Shown here: positions 48,639-58,566 of the stretch, one piece after another | Numbering within the stretch: the first letter of the stretch is position 1 | Layout of the letters: each line of letters opens with the position of its first letter | Source of the DNA: an uncultured Spirochaetota bacterium | GTDB taxonomy: Bacteria; Spirochaetota; Spirochaetia; SZUA-6; Fen-1364 | Assembly (NCBI GenBank): GCA_963820525.1 | Contig: CAWGAA010000001.1 | Coordinates: forward strand, 224,001-288,000 | Reading direction: 5' to 3' | DNA length: 64,000 nucleotides | Translations under genes and position numbers: made by a program | Notes under the pieces: generated by a model | Databases searched by the model: none | Told to the model about the DNA's origin: nothing | Seen by the model: the letters and a program-made list of their open reading frames with translations, nothing else

Positions 48639-50884
48639 TCCTCTCTCCGGTGGGGCCGATGCGGCCGATCCGGTCCGTCATGCCCGTGGGATCTGTCGGA
48701 GCCCTCCCGCCCGTAGGGCGGCCGGCGCCTGTCGGGCCCCCGGCCTCTATCGCCCCCATCGCGGGAGCGCGGCCGCTCGGGCCTGGCCTGGGCATTTTCC
48801 GGGTGCGCGGCTATGGATTCCAGGGTCGCAAGGTTGATCCTGCCCATCTTGTCGACATCGGTAACCTTGACCTCGAGCTCCTGGCCCTCGCTTACGACGT
48901 CCGCGGGGTTCTCCACCCTCTGCGCGGCCAGCTTGGACACGTGAACGAGCCCTTCCTTGCCGGGAAGGATCTCAACGAAGACGCCGAAGTCCATGATCCT
49001 CTTCACGGTCCCCTTGTAGGTCTTTCCCACAACGGGCTCCTCGATCATGCCCTCGATTATCTTCTGGGCCATCTCGGCCCCTTCCTTCTGGCGGCAGTAG
49101 ATTGTCACGGTCCCGTCGTCGTCGATGTTGATCGTGGACCCCGATTTTTCGCTCATCCCCTTGATGTTCTTGCCGCCCGGCCCGATTATCAGGCCGATCT
49201 TCTCCGTGGGGATGCGGATCGAGATGACCTTGGGGGCGAGATCCGAGACGTCGCTCCTGGGCTGGGCGATTGTCGAGTTCATTATGGAAAGGATGTGAAG
49301 CCTTCCCTCACGCGCCTGTTCCAGCGCCTTGGTGAGGATCTCCACGCTCACGCCCTCGATCTTGATGTCCATCTGGATGGCCGTTATCCCCGAGTCCGTT
49401 CCCGCAACCTTGAAATCCATGTCCCCGAGGTGGTCCTCCTCTCCGAGGATGTCGGAGAGCACGACGAACTTGTCCCCTTCCTTCACGAGGCCCATGGCTA
49501 TTCCGGCCACGGACTTCTCGATATGCACTCCGGCGTTGAGAAGGCTCAAAGTTCCGCCGCACACCGTGGCCATGGAGGACGAGCCGTTGGATTCCAGGAT
49601 CTCGGATACGACACGGATCGTATAGGGGAAGGATTCCTTGGGGGGGAGCACCCTCTCAAGCGCCCTCTCGGCGAGGTGGCCGTGGCCGATCTCGCGCCTG
49701 CCCGGAGAGGAGAGACGCCCCGTCTCGCCCACTGAGAACGGAGGGAAGTTGTAGTGAAGCATGAAGCGCTTGGTGCTGTCACCCTCGATGTTGTCCAGGA
49801 TCTGCTCGTCAAGGGCCGTGCCGAGCGTCGTGACGACCAGGGCCTGCGTCTCTCCCCGGGTGAAAAGCGAGGAGCCGTGGGTCCGGGGAAGGAAGTCGAT
49901 CTCGCAGGTGATGGGCCGGATCTCCTCGGGCTTGCGTCCATCCGTGCGGAGTCTCTTCTCTATGATTGACTTGCGGAGGATCTGCTGCTCCATCTCTTCG
50001 AAGAGGGCGCCCACGGCCTTGGCGTCGGTTTCCTCGAGCTTCTCCGCGAACTTCTCCAGCGCCTCGGTCTTGAGGGCCTTGATCGCCTTGGCCCTCTCGT
50101 GCTTCCCCTTGACGAAACAGGCCGCTTCAAGCTTCCCGTACGCCCACGAGCGGATCTCATCCGCGGCCGCCAGGACGGCCTCCTTTTCAGCAACCTCGAT
50201 CTTCTGTTTTCCCGCCATGCGGGCGAGCTCGAGCTGGATCCCGCAGAGGTCCTTGATGGTCAGGTGTGCTTTCTCGATGGCCTCGACGAGGAGGCTTTCC
50301 GGGACCTGGGATGCCCCACCCTCCACCATCGTGATGCCCTTCATGGTGCCGGCCACGATGAGGTCGATCTTGCTTTCCTGGATCTGGTCGTAGGTGGGGT
50401 TCACCACCACCGCTCCGTTCACGTATCCCACCCTCACGGCGCCGATGGGGCCGCCAAAGGGGATGTCGGACAGGGTGACCGCCGCGGATGCCGCGTTCAT
50501 CGCAACCACGTCCGGCGGGTTCACCTGATCCGTAGAGATCGCGATGGGGATGACCTGGATTTCATGCTTGAAGCTCTTCGAAAAGAGCGGCCGCAGTGGA
50601 CGGTCTATGAGGCGCGAGACCAGGATCTCCTTGTCCTTCGGCCTGCCCTCCCTTTTGATGAATCCGCCGGGGATCTTCCCGGCGGCGTAGTACTTCTCGA
50701 TATAATCGACTGAAAGGGGGATGAAGTCGATGTCTTCCAGCTCCCGTTCGCCGAAACAGGCCGTGGCTAGAACCGCCGAACCGCCCAGACGGGCGAAGAC
50801 CGCCCCATTAGCCTGTTTTGCCATGCGGCCGGTTTCCAGGACCAGCTCGTCTTCCCCGATCCTGTATGAGACACGATGTGCCAT
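48635..50884 (-). CDS. pnp: Polyribonucleotide nucleotidyltransferase
   Basis: AGKIPGGFIKREGRP, FTRGETQAL, ESNGSSSMA, DHLGDMDFKVAGT, plus KH and S1 domains. Confidence 0.99.
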   Translation of the reverse strand: MAHRVSYRIGEDELVLETGRMAKQANGAVFARLGGSAVLATACFGERELEDIDFIPLSVDYIEKYYAAGKIPGGFIKREGRPKDKEILVSRLIDRPLRPLFSKSFKHEIQVIPIAISTDQVNPPDVVAMNAASAAVTLSDIPFGGPIGAVRVGYVNGAVVVNPTYDQIQESKIDLIVAGTMKGITMVEGGASQVPESLLVEAIEKAHLTIKDLCGIQLELARMAGKQKIEVAEKEAVLAAADEIRSWAYGKLEAACFVKGKHERAKAIKALKTEALEKFAEKLEETDAKAVGALFEEMEQQILRKSIIEKRLRTDGRKPEEIRPITCEIDFLPRTHGSSLFTRGETQALVVTTLGTALDEQILDNIEGDSTKRFMLHYNFPPFSVGETGRLSSPGRREIGHGHLAERALERVLPPKESFPYTIRVVSEILESNGSSSMATVCGGTLSLLNAGVHIEKSVAGIAMGLVKEGDKFVVLSDILGEEDHLGDMDFKVAGTDSGITAIQMDIKIEGVSVEILTKALEQAREGRLHILSIMNSTIAQPRSDVSDLAPKVISIRIPTEKIGLIIGPGGKNIKGMSEKSGSTINIDDDGTVTIYCRQKEGAEMAQKIIEGMIEEPVVGKTYKGTVKRIMDFGVFVEILPGKEGLVHVSKLAAQRVENPADVVSEGQELEVKVTDVDKMGRINLATLESIAAHPENAQARPERPRSRDGGDRGRGPDRRRPPYGREGSDRSHGHDGPDRPHRPHRRED

Positions 50885-50905
50885 ATTTCTCCTTGCTTTC
50901 TTGAG

Positions 50906-51175
50906 TTACTTTCGCAGATTGAGCCGCTCTATGATCTGTCGGTATTTCGCCAGATCCTTGACCCGCAGGTATGCCAGAAGCCGGCGCCTTTGGCCGACAA
51001 GCTTGAGCAGCCCCCTGCGTGAATTGTTGTCCTTCGGATGTACCTTGAAGTGCCCCGTGAGCTCCTCGATCCGTTTCGTGAGGAGAGCGATCTGCACTTC
51101 CGTCGAGCCGGTGTCCTTTTCCGATACACCGTAGCTCTTGACGATCTCGAGTTTTGAATCCTTTGTCAGAGGCAT
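50906..51175 (-). CDS. rpsO: 30S ribosomal protein S15
   Basis: ATG 51175 with [20 protein letters not shown] and [19 protein letters not shown]. Confidence 0.98.
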   Translation of the reverse strand: MPLTKDSKLEIVKSYGVSEKDTGSTEVQIALLTKRIEELTGHFKVHPKDNNSRRGLLKLVGQRRRLLAYLRVKDLAKYRQIIERLNLRK

Positions 51176-51191
51176 CGTGGACTCCTTTCCT

Positions 51192-51986
51192 TTAGTCCGA
51201 TAAAAATCTTGCTTCCGTGATCTTCCCGCCGCCGGAGAGCTCCAACTCAACGGAATCCTCTCGGACCGTGAGCAGGCCTGAAACAGCCGCGGCCTCCGCC
51301 TCACAGGAGACCGGGTAGCTGCCCGGTTTGGGAAGACATTGCCGAATGTCGAATCTCCGCACCCGTATGGCGCGGAGGGTGCCGCGAAGACTTTCCCCCA
51401 GCAGGGGAACGTGTCGCAGGTCAATGGAGTGGCTGGCAGCGAGCATCGCGCGCGCCTCGCCGAGCGACCCTTCCCGGATCGCGGTCCTGATGCGGGAGCT
51501 GGAGACGGGTGCATCGCCGTAGAGAACGGGTTGAGCAACAAAAATCTCGGTTTTCGTGCCTCGAAGCATTTCCCCAAGTGCCCGCGCGTCCGTGTCCCTG
51601 TCCTTACCGAATCGAAAGTTGTATCCGACCGCGAGTTTCTCGATGGTAAGATTTTCCCTCAAGCTGCGGACAAAAGCCTTCCCTGATAGTCTACTCAATT
51701 GCTCGGAAAAGTCAATTACCACGACCGCGCCGATGCCCAGCGCTTCGAGCCGCTCGAGCTTCTGTTCGATGGTCAGGATCGGGCCGGGAAACGAATCCCG
51801 GGCCAGCACGAGCGCAGGGTTTTCCCGAAAAGTGACGATCAGGGGCAGTGCGCTGCTTCCCGTAACGGCACTCAAAAGCCTCCGATGACCGAGGTGGACC
51901 CCGTCGAAGACGCCGATGGAGAGGCTTACGGGGGACTGTATGCCCGATTTTCCGGCAAGAAGGTCCTCCCACGAAACCACCTTCAC
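51192..51986 (-). CDS. ribF: FAD synthetase (FMN adenylyltransferase domain with degenerate kinase module)
   Basis: [19 protein letters not shown] and VSSSRIR. Lies between truB and rpsO. Confidence 0.88.
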   Translation of the reverse strand: MKVVSWEDLLAGKSGIQSPVSLSIGVFDGVHLGHRRLLSAVTGSSALPLIVTFRENPALVLARDSFPGPILTIEQKLERLEALGIGAVVVIDFSEQLSRLSGKAFVRSLRENLTIEKLAVGYNFRFGKDRDTDARALGEMLRGTKTEIFVAQPVLYGDAPVSSSRIRTAIREGSLGEARAMLAASHSIDLRHVPLLGESLRGTLRAIRVRRFDIRQCLPKPGSYPVSCEAEAAAVSGLLTVREDSVELELSGGGKITEARFLSD

Positions 51987-52894
51987 GGCAGGCTCCCATC
52001 GGCGAAAACGGCCGCGTAGCGGCGGACGCCTTCCCGCACATCAAGCATCGCGAGCAGCTTCCCCTCCCTGCTGAATACGGGAAACTCGCCGTCGCATTGG
52101 ATCGGTTGGTCGAAGGAGAGCCGCCCGGCTGGAATACCCCGGGCGATGAGCCGCGCGAGCTCGGCTGTGACCGTCAGGCGCGTGAAGCCGGGGCAGCCGT
52201 CAAAGAAGCTTTCCGGCGGAAGGAGGTGCCGGGAAGCATCGAAGAGCTCTGGCTCCACAGCCTGCTCCAGGCTGAAGTTGCCGATGCGGGTCCTCGACAG
52301 GCGGGAAACATGCGCGCAGGTCCCGAGAGCTTCGGCAATGTCCCGCGCGAGGGACCGGATGTATGTACCCTTGGAGCAGGCGACGATCAGGGTCGCGTTC
52401 GGCGGCTGATATTCAAAAAGCTCCAGCCGACGGATTGTGATGGGTCTCGGCTCGAGCTGGACCGTCTCGCCTTTTCGCGCAGCCTCGTGGGCTCGCCTGC
52501 CGTTGACGTGAACGGCGGAGAATTGAGGAGGCACCTGGAGAATGGCGCCGGTGAAGCGGGCGAGGACGCGCTGGATCGCTTCCCGCGACGGCACGGGCCC
52601 CTCCGCCACCACCTCCCCCTCGGGATCGAGGGTGTCGGTGCCTTTGCCGAACGTGACGCCGGCAACGTACTCCTTGTCCATTGCGGAGGCATACGGGCAG
52701 AGCCTTGTGAGCCTTCCGGCAAGCACGAGCAGAAGGCCATCGGCGAACCGGTCGAGGGTTCCCGTATGCCCGATGCGGTGAGTTTTCAGGCTGCGTTTGA
52801 TGGCTCCAAGCGCCTGAAAGGAGGTCCTTCCCGCGGGCTTGGACAACAGAATGATGCCGTCAGCCACTCTCGGCTCGCCGGGTGTCTGCATCAC
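51983..52894 (-). CDS. truB: tRNA pseudouridine(55) synthase
   Basis: KPAGRTS, GHTGTLD, QVPPQFSA and CSKGTYIRSLARD. Confidence 0.97.
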   Translation of the reverse strand: MMQTPGEPRVADGIILLSKPAGRTSFQALGAIKRSLKTHRIGHTGTLDRFADGLLLVLAGRLTRLCPYASAMDKEYVAGVTFGKGTDTLDPEGEVVAEGPVPSREAIQRVLARFTGAILQVPPQFSAVHVNGRRAHEAARKGETVQLEPRPITIRRLELFEYQPPNATLIVACSKGTYIRSLARDIAEALGTCAHVSRLSRTRIGNFSLEQAVEPELFDASRHLLPPESFFDGCPGFTRLTVTAELARLIARGIPAGRLSFDQPIQCDGEFPVFSREGKLLAMLDVREGVRRYAAVFADGSLP

Positions 52895-53280
52895 CCGCTT
52901 GAGTTCCCGCCCTCCTCGATCCCCGTTTGCGCAGGGTGAGCGATTTCACGCAGCTTCTTGGCGATCCGGAATCCCCGCTCGATGGAGTCGTCGAGGATGA
53001 AGGAGAGCCGGGGAAAAGTGCGTATGCTGATCCTCTTGGAGAGGACCCCCTGGATGAATCCGGCGGCATGGTTGAGGGCGTCAACGCTCCCCTGGAGGGT
53101 TTCCCGCTCGCCGAAGCGTGAGACGTAAATCTTGGCGTGGCCGAGGTCCCGGGAAAGGCGGACCTCCGTCACCGTTGTAAGTCTCTCCACGCGGGGGTCC
53201 TTGATCTCGCCCATGAAGATCATGGAGCAGATCTCCTCCCGCAGGAGGCTTTCAAGTCGCTTGAGCCTTAGTTCCGCCAT
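52891..53280 (-). CDS. rbfA: 30S ribosome-binding factor A
   Basis: IKDPRV, VTEVRLSRDL.HAKIYVS and PRLSFILDDSIE. Confidence 0.97.
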   Translation of the reverse strand: MAELRLKRLESLLREEICSMIFMGEIKDPRVERLTTVTEVRLSRDLGHAKIYVSRFGERETLQGSVDALNHAAGFIQGVLSKRISIRTFPRLSFILDDSIERGFRIAKKLREIAHPAQTGIEEGGNSSG

Positions 53281-55681
53281 CCCTGGCCCCTTCCAGCTTC
53301 TTGGCCAGCTCGTGCACCTCGTAGACCTCTATGGTGTCTCCCACCTTGATGTCTTGGAAGTTGTCCAGTCCGATTCCGCACTCGAACCCTTCCTCCACCT
53401 CCCGCGCGTCGTCCTTGAAGCGCTTCAGGGAGACGAGCTTTCCCTTGAAGATCTCCACGCCCTCGCGGATGAGCCGCATGTCCGCGTTGCGCTTGACCTT
53501 GCCCGACGCGACGTAGCAGCCCGCGATCGTTCCGATCTTGGGGACCTTGAAGGTGTTGCGCACCTCGATTGTGCCGATGAGCTCTTCCTTGAGCTCCGGC
53601 TTCAAGAGGCCTTCCATTGCCGCCCGGATGTCGTCCACCGCGTCGTAGATGATGTTGTACTTGCGGATCTCCACCTTTTCGCGGTCCGCCAGGCTCTGGG
53701 CGCTGGGAGTGGGCCGCACGTGGAAGCCGATGATCAGGGCATTGGAGGCGGCCGCCAGGTTGACGTCGTTCTCGTTTATGGCTCCGGCCGCCGCGTGGAT
53801 GACCTGGAGCTTCACCTCGGAGGTTGACATCCGCTCCAGGGCGGTCTGAAGGGCCTCCACGGAGCCGTGCACGTCGGCCTTGATGATGACCTTCAGCTCC
53901 TGGATCTGCCCTTCCTTGATCTGCTCGTAGAGGTTGTCCAGGGTGATCTTCTTGACGTTCTTCGATTCCTCCAGCTTTCGAAGCTCCTGGCGCTTGGCCC
54001 CGATGACCTTGGCTGTTTTCTCGTTGTCGGTGACCTGGAACGGGTCTCCCGCGTTGGGGATGCTGGTGAATCCGACCACCTCGACGGGAAGCGACGGGGT
54101 GGCTTCCGTCATCCGGTCTCCCTTGTCGTTGAACATGGCCCGAACCTTGCCCGGGTAGATCCCCGCCACAAAGGAGTCCCCGCCGCGAAGCGTGCCCTTT
54201 TTGCAGATGATCGTGGCAACGATTCCGCGGCCCATGTCCACACGGGACTCGAGCACTATTCCCATTGCGCGGGTGTCGTACGGCGCCTTCAGCTCGAGGA
54301 TTTCGGCCTGGAGGAGGATGCTCTCCAGCAGTTCCTGGATGCCCATCTTCTTCAAGGCGGAAACGAGGTTGTAGATCGTCGTGCCGCCCCAGTCCTCGGG
54401 GGCCAGGCCGTGCTCGGTAAGCTGCTTCTTCACGAGATCAACGTTGGCTTCGGGAAGGTCTATCTTGTTGACGGCCACAATGATGGGAACGCGCGCATCC
54501 TTGGCGTGGTTCACGGCCTCGATGGTCTGGGGCATGACCCCGTCCACGGCGGAGACCACCAGCACGACCAGGTCCGTGACCTGGGCGCCGCGGGCGCGCA
54601 TCATGGTGAAGGCCTCATGGCCCGGCGTGTCGATGAATACGATCTTGCCCTTGGGCAGGTCCACGGAGTATGCGCCGATGTGCTGCGTGATGCCGCCGTA
54701 CTCGCCCTCGGCCACGTTGGTGCTCCTGATGGCGTCCAGGAGCTTGGTCTTTCCGTGGTCGACGTGGCCCATGATCGTGACGATGGGAGGCCGCGGGAGG
54801 GAGTCCTCCTCGCTCGCCTTCTCCTCCTCGATTACCGTCTCGTCGTAGAGGGAGACGACGTTCACCTTGCACTGGTACTCGGCGGCGAGAAGGGAGGCCG
54901 TATCGGCGTCGATCTGGTCGTTGATGGTCACCATCATGCCCATTGACATGAGCTTGTGGATCACCTCCGAGGCCTTGAGGTTCATTTTCTTCGCAAGCTC
55001 GGAAACCGTGATGTTCTCCGTGATCGCGATCTCCTTGGGCACCGGGTTGGCCATGACCACGGTCTTCTTCTTCACCTGGAGGCTTTTTTCCTCGATCTCC
55101 ATGTGCTTGCGCTTGGGATACTCGATCTTTCTCTTCGTTTTCGAGTAGAACTTTTTGGCCGTCGGCTTCTTGTCCTCGGGCTTGGCGGCGCCGCCTTCCG
55201 TGGGCCTCCCTCCGGCAGACGGTCTTCCGCCTGCGGACGGCCGCGGCCCGAATGGAGGGCGCCCTCCAAAGGGCGGCCTTCCTCCCGCCGGCGGCCTGCC
55301 GCCGTACTGGGGTCTTCCCTCGCCGCCCTGGGGGCGGGGCGGCATGGGCCTTCGCAAAGGAGCCCCGATTCGCGCGCTTTCTCTTACCGACGGTCTCGGC
55401 TCGGGAGGGTGCTGAAGGGCTGGGGGCTTCGGCTTGGGTTTCTCTTCCATGACCGCCTGAGGAGGAGCTTCCACCACGGACGCTGCCGCCTCGGGTTCGA
55501 CGGCCTTCTTGGCCGGCATCGGCTTTTTGACGACGACGACCCTCTTCTTCACCACGACAACCTTCTTCTTCTCCGAGGCCGCTTCCTCGACGGGGTGCGG
55601 CTCTTCCTCGGCCTTCTTGTGCTTTATGAGGGCGGTCTTGGGCTTTTTCTTGCTCTCCAGTTCCTCGGGCGTACTGTTCAC
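53252..55681 (-). CDS. infB: Translation initiation factor IF-2
   Basis: GTG 55681 overlaps the nusA stop (GTGA). [27 protein letters not shown] and NKID. Confidence 0.98.
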   Translation of the reverse strand: MNSTPEELESKKKPKTALIKHKKAEEEPHPVEEAASEKKKVVVVKKRVVVVKKPMPAKKAVEPEAAASVVEAPPQAVMEEKPKPKPPALQHPPEPRPSVRESARIGAPLRRPMPPRPQGGEGRPQYGGRPPAGGRPPFGGRPPFGPRPSAGGRPSAGGRPTEGGAAKPEDKKPTAKKFYSKTKRKIEYPKRKHMEIEEKSLQVKKKTVVMANPVPKEIAITENITVSELAKKMNLKASEVIHKLMSMGMMVTINDQIDADTASLLAAEYQCKVNVVSLYDETVIEEEKASEEDSLPRPPIVTIMGHVDHGKTKLLDAIRSTNVAEGEYGGITQHIGAYSVDLPKGKIVFIDTPGHEAFTMMRARGAQVTDLVVLVVSAVDGVMPQTIEAVNHAKDARVPIIVAVNKIDLPEANVDLVKKQLTEHGLAPEDWGGTTIYNLVSALKKMGIQELLESILLQAEILELKAPYDTRAMGIVLESRVDMGRGIVATIICKKGTLRGGDSFVAGIYPGKVRAMFNDKGDRMTEATPSLPVEVVGFTSIPNAGDPFQVTDNEKTAKVIGAKRQELRKLEESKNVKKITLDNLYEQIKEGQIQELKVIIKADVHGSVEALQTALERMSTSEVKLQVIHAAAGAINENDVNLAAASNALIIGFHVRPTPSAQSLADREKVEIRKYNIIYDAVDDIRAAMEGLLKPELKEELIGTIEVRNTFKVPKIGTIAGCYVASGKVKRNADMRLIREGVEIFKGKLVSLKRFKDDAREVEEGFECGIGLDNFQDIKVGDTIEVYEVHELAKKLEGARDGGTKAQAT

Positions 55682-57222
55682 TGATCTTCCTCTGTGCTTT
55701 CCTCGAAGCTTAATCCCACGCCGCAGTTTGGACAAGTGGCCATGTCGGGAGTGACGGGAGTCCCGCATTCGGGACACTCGTAGCTCTCCTCCTCCGCCAT
55801 TTCTTCCTGCGCCTCGGCCGCTTCGGCGGCCGCGACGGGTGCCGCTTCCTCGGCCTCGGAGGCAGGCTCCTCGACTGCGATTTCCTCGGGGGCGGGCTCC
55901 TCCGCCGCGGCAGGGGCCTCTTCCTCCACGATCTCCACGTTCTCGTCTATGATTTTCTGAAGCAGAGCCACGTCTTCCGCCGTGATCCCCTCCAGGCTCG
56001 CGAGCTCCGCCGTGGTCAGGGCCACCAGGCTCTCGATGTCCGTGATGTGGTCCTTCTCGAGGATCTCCACGAGGCGCGGGGGGATGCCGGGCAGTTCGGA
56101 GATCTTCTGGATCTCTTCCTCGGAAACCTCGCCGAAAAGCGCGGACACCGCCTTCTTGGCCTCCGCTGAGATGTCCATCTCTGAGAACTGGCTCTCCGTC
56201 TTCACGTCGATGTTCCAGTCCGTGAGCCGGTTGGCGAGCCGCACGTTCAGCCCCTGCTTGCCGATAGCCAGGGAGAACTGGGCATCGGGCACCACGGCGA
56301 GGGCGGACTTCTTCGCCTCGTCAAGGATGAGTACCTGGGAGACCTCGGCGGGGGAGAGGGCGTTCTTGATGAACCCGCGCGGATCCGTGGAGTAGCGAAG
56401 CACGTCGATCTTCTCGCCCTCCAGCTCCCTCACCACCGCCTGGATGCGAACCCCCTTGAGGCCAACGCAGGCGCCCACGGGATCCACGTCTTCGCGGTTG
56501 GACCGGACGGCGAGCTTGGTCCTGTAGCCGGGCTCGCGCACGATCTTGAAGATCTCTATCGTCTTGTCGTAGATCTCCGGCACCTCCAGCTCGAAGATCT
56601 TCTTGACGAACTCGGAATGGTTGCGCGACAGCACGATCTGCAGGCCCGACGGGGTCTTCACGACCTCGTAGATCATCGCCTTGATGCGGTCGTTGGGATG
56701 GTACACCTCGCGGGGAGACTGGTACTTCTTGGGAAGAATTCCCTCGGTCTTGCCCAGGTCCACGTAGATGTTGCCGTTGCGCTCTCGCTGGTAGTAGCCG
56801 ATGATCATCTCCCCTACTTTGTCCTTGTACTCGGAGTAGAGGGTGTCCTTCTGGATCTCCCGCAGGCTCTGGCGGGCCTTCTGCTTGGCGCTCTGAACCG
56901 AGACGCGGTCGAACTCCTGCGGGTTGATCTCGATGAGAAGCTCGTCGCCGATTTCGGCGTCCTCGTTGAGCTGCTTGGCCTCCGACAGCTCCATCTCGCG
57001 AACGGGGTCCATCAGATCGTCGTCCTCGACGATGATCTTCTTGGCGAAGAGGGTCACCTCGGTGCCGTCGTCGCTGAAGCGCACCACGGCGTTGTCCATG
57101 GACCCGTACTTCTTCTTGTACGCAGCGAGCAGGAAGTTCTCGATGGTCTTCATCACGAGATCCTCGGGAATTCCCCTCTCCTGCACGAGCTGCTTGATTG
57201 CCTGTGCCAGATCAGACTGCAT
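55678..57222 (-). CDS. nusA: Transcription termination factor NusA
   Basis: S1 and KH domains (REPGYRTK, DPVGACVG.KG.RIQ, SLAIGKQGLNVRLA), with a C-terminal acidic linker and CxxC/CxxC. Confidence 0.98.
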   Translation of the reverse strand: MQSDLAQAIKQLVQERGIPEDLVMKTIENFLLAAYKKKYGSMDNAVVRFSDDGTEVTLFAKKIIVEDDDLMDPVREMELSEAKQLNEDAEIGDELLIEINPQEFDRVSVQSAKQKARQSLREIQKDTLYSEYKDKVGEMIIGYYQRERNGNIYVDLGKTEGILPKKYQSPREVYHPNDRIKAMIYEVVKTPSGLQIVLSRNHSEFVKKIFELEVPEIYDKTIEIFKIVREPGYRTKLAVRSNREDVDPVGACVGLKGVRIQAVVRELEGEKIDVLRYSTDPRGFIKNALSPAEVSQVLILDEAKKSALAVVPDAQFSLAIGKQGLNVRLANRLTDWNIDVKTESQFSEMDISAEAKKAVSALFGEVSEEEIQKISELPGIPPRLVEILEKDHITDIESLVALTTAELASLEGITAEDVALLQKIIDENVEIVEEEAPAAAEEPAPEEIAVEEPASEAEEAAPVAAAEAAEAQEEMAEEESYECPECGTPVTPDMATCPNCGVGLSFEESTEEDQ

Positions 57223-57718
57223 TTTTATCTTCCTCGTTCTTCGTCTCGCCCCGTGGCGATATCGTTTTCTCCTGGGAGTGATCGAGCCGCGCCTTGCGTA
57301 TCGAGGAGATGGGATACTCCTTCACCCCCCCGCCCGTGCGAAGCTTAAGCACCCCGTTCTCGGCCCGTTCGATGACTCCTCCTATCCATTCGGCCTCGTC
57401 GGCCGCCAAAATCCGGACTCCCCTGCCGGCAAAGATGCCGTATTCGGCAGGGCTCTTCAGCCGCCTGTCTATGCCCGGCGAGCTTACCTCGAGGCTCACG
57501 TCCTCCATCCCCTCGATGGTCAGGAGGCGGGGATAGATGAGGCGGGAGACCTCGGCGCATTCGTCGATTCCAACCCCCGCCGCGCGGTGGACAACCACCG
57601 CCACGCGCGTGACGCCCTTGAGCCTGCCTACCGTGCACTCCACGAGGCTGAACCCCATCCCCGTGATGACCGGTTCTATCTCCTCGCGGACCGTCTTGTT
57701 CAGATGCTCGAAATACAA
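57212..57718 (-). CDS. rimP: Ribosome maturation factor RimP
   Basis: TTG start. GVGIDECAEVSR and LEVSSPGIDRRL. Lies directly upstream of nusA. Confidence 0.95.
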   Translation of the reverse strand: MYFEHLNKTVREEIEPVITGMGFSLVECTVGRLKGVTRVAVVVHRAAGVGIDECAEVSRLIYPRLLTIEGMEDVSLEVSSPGIDRRLKSPAEYGIFAGRGVRILAADEAEWIGGVIERAENGVLKLRTGGGVKEYPISSIRKARLDHSQEKTISPRGETKNEEDKNAV

Positions 57719-57735
57719 TGTATCCGCCGCCCAAT

Positions 57736-57762
57736 AAAAAAGAGTCGTTAGGCCGACTCTTT
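57736..57762 (-). terminator. rimP-nusA leader hairpin/attenuator
   Basis: Minus strand AAAGAGTCG-GCCTAA-CGACTCTTT followed by TTTATT, located between the promoter and the rimP start. Confidence 0.75.
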
Positions 57763-57771
57763 CTTCACCAT

Positions 57772-57800
57772 AACGTACATTATAAGGGCGGAATTGTCAA
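57772..57800 (-). promoter_or_regulatory. Sigma70 promoter of the rimP-nusA-infB operon
   Basis: Minus strand TTGACA (57800-57795), 17 bp, TACGTT (57777-57772). A perfect TATAAT also lies at 57784-57779. Confidence 0.6.
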
Positions 57801-57859
57801 TCCGTTGCGCCGGTCATTGTCATTCCGACCGGCAGTGCGCCCCGAAGCCCCGCCAGGCC

Positions 57860-58564
57860 TTACATGTCGAGGGCAAGGGTGAGCACGGACACGCTCCGGC
57901 ATCCCGCATCGAGAAGGACCCGGGCGCAGGCGTCCGCCGTGGCCCCAGTGGTAAAGACATCGTCCAGGACGACCGCCCGTTCGGGAACGCGCGCTCCCGG
58001 GCTTTTACGGATCTTCCCCTGGAGATTGCCACGCCGCTGCTCGAAGTCGAGGCTCTTCTGGGAAGCCCCACCCGTCCGTTCCAGCGGACGAAGGACCTGC
58101 GCCAGGCGGCTCCTCTCGATGGCCCGGGCAATCCTCTCGACATGATCGATTCCTCCGGCATGGGGGCGCGGCGGAACCGGTATCACGGGCATGCCGGCGA
58201 AGCTCTCACGAAGGGACGGAGCGAGGAATCCGGCGAAAAGATCCGCGAGGCGGCTCCTTCCATCGAATTTGTAGCAGGCGATGAGCCTCCTCACCTCCGT
58301 CTCGTAGGCGAAGATGGAGAAGTTTGAATCGAAGGCGTACGCGGTCTGGCGGCAGCGCGTACAGATGCAGTCTTCCGAGACGAGCGGAGTGCTGCACACG
58401 CGGCAGCGGACCCCTCCCAAAGGCCTCAGGCGCGCGATACATTCGTCGCAGACGAGGGCGCCGGCAGTGGAGGCCAGGAGAAGCCACTCGCCGCAGAGCA
58501 GGCAGCGTCCCGGAAAAAGGAGGTCCAGGAGGAATCGAGGTGCCGCGTGAAGGCCGCCGCCCAC
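57860..58564 (-). CDS. comF: ComF family protein (double Zn-ribbon plus PRTase domain)
   Basis: LLFPGRCLLCG, CDEC, CRVC, CTRC and VLDDVFTTGAT. Start uncertain; GTG 58564 follows the mutS stop. Confidence 0.92.
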   Translation of the reverse strand: MGGGLHAAPRFLLDLLFPGRCLLCGEWLLLASTAGALVCDECIARLRPLGGVRCRVCSTPLVSEDCICTRCRQTAYAFDSNFSIFAYETEVRRLIACYKFDGRSRLADLFAGFLAPSLRESFAGMPVIPVPPRPHAGGIDHVERIARAIERSRLAQVLRPLERTGGASQKSLDFEQRRGNLQGKIRKSPGARVPERAVVLDDVFTTGATADACARVLLDAGCRSVSVLTLALDM

Positions 58565-58566
58565 CT

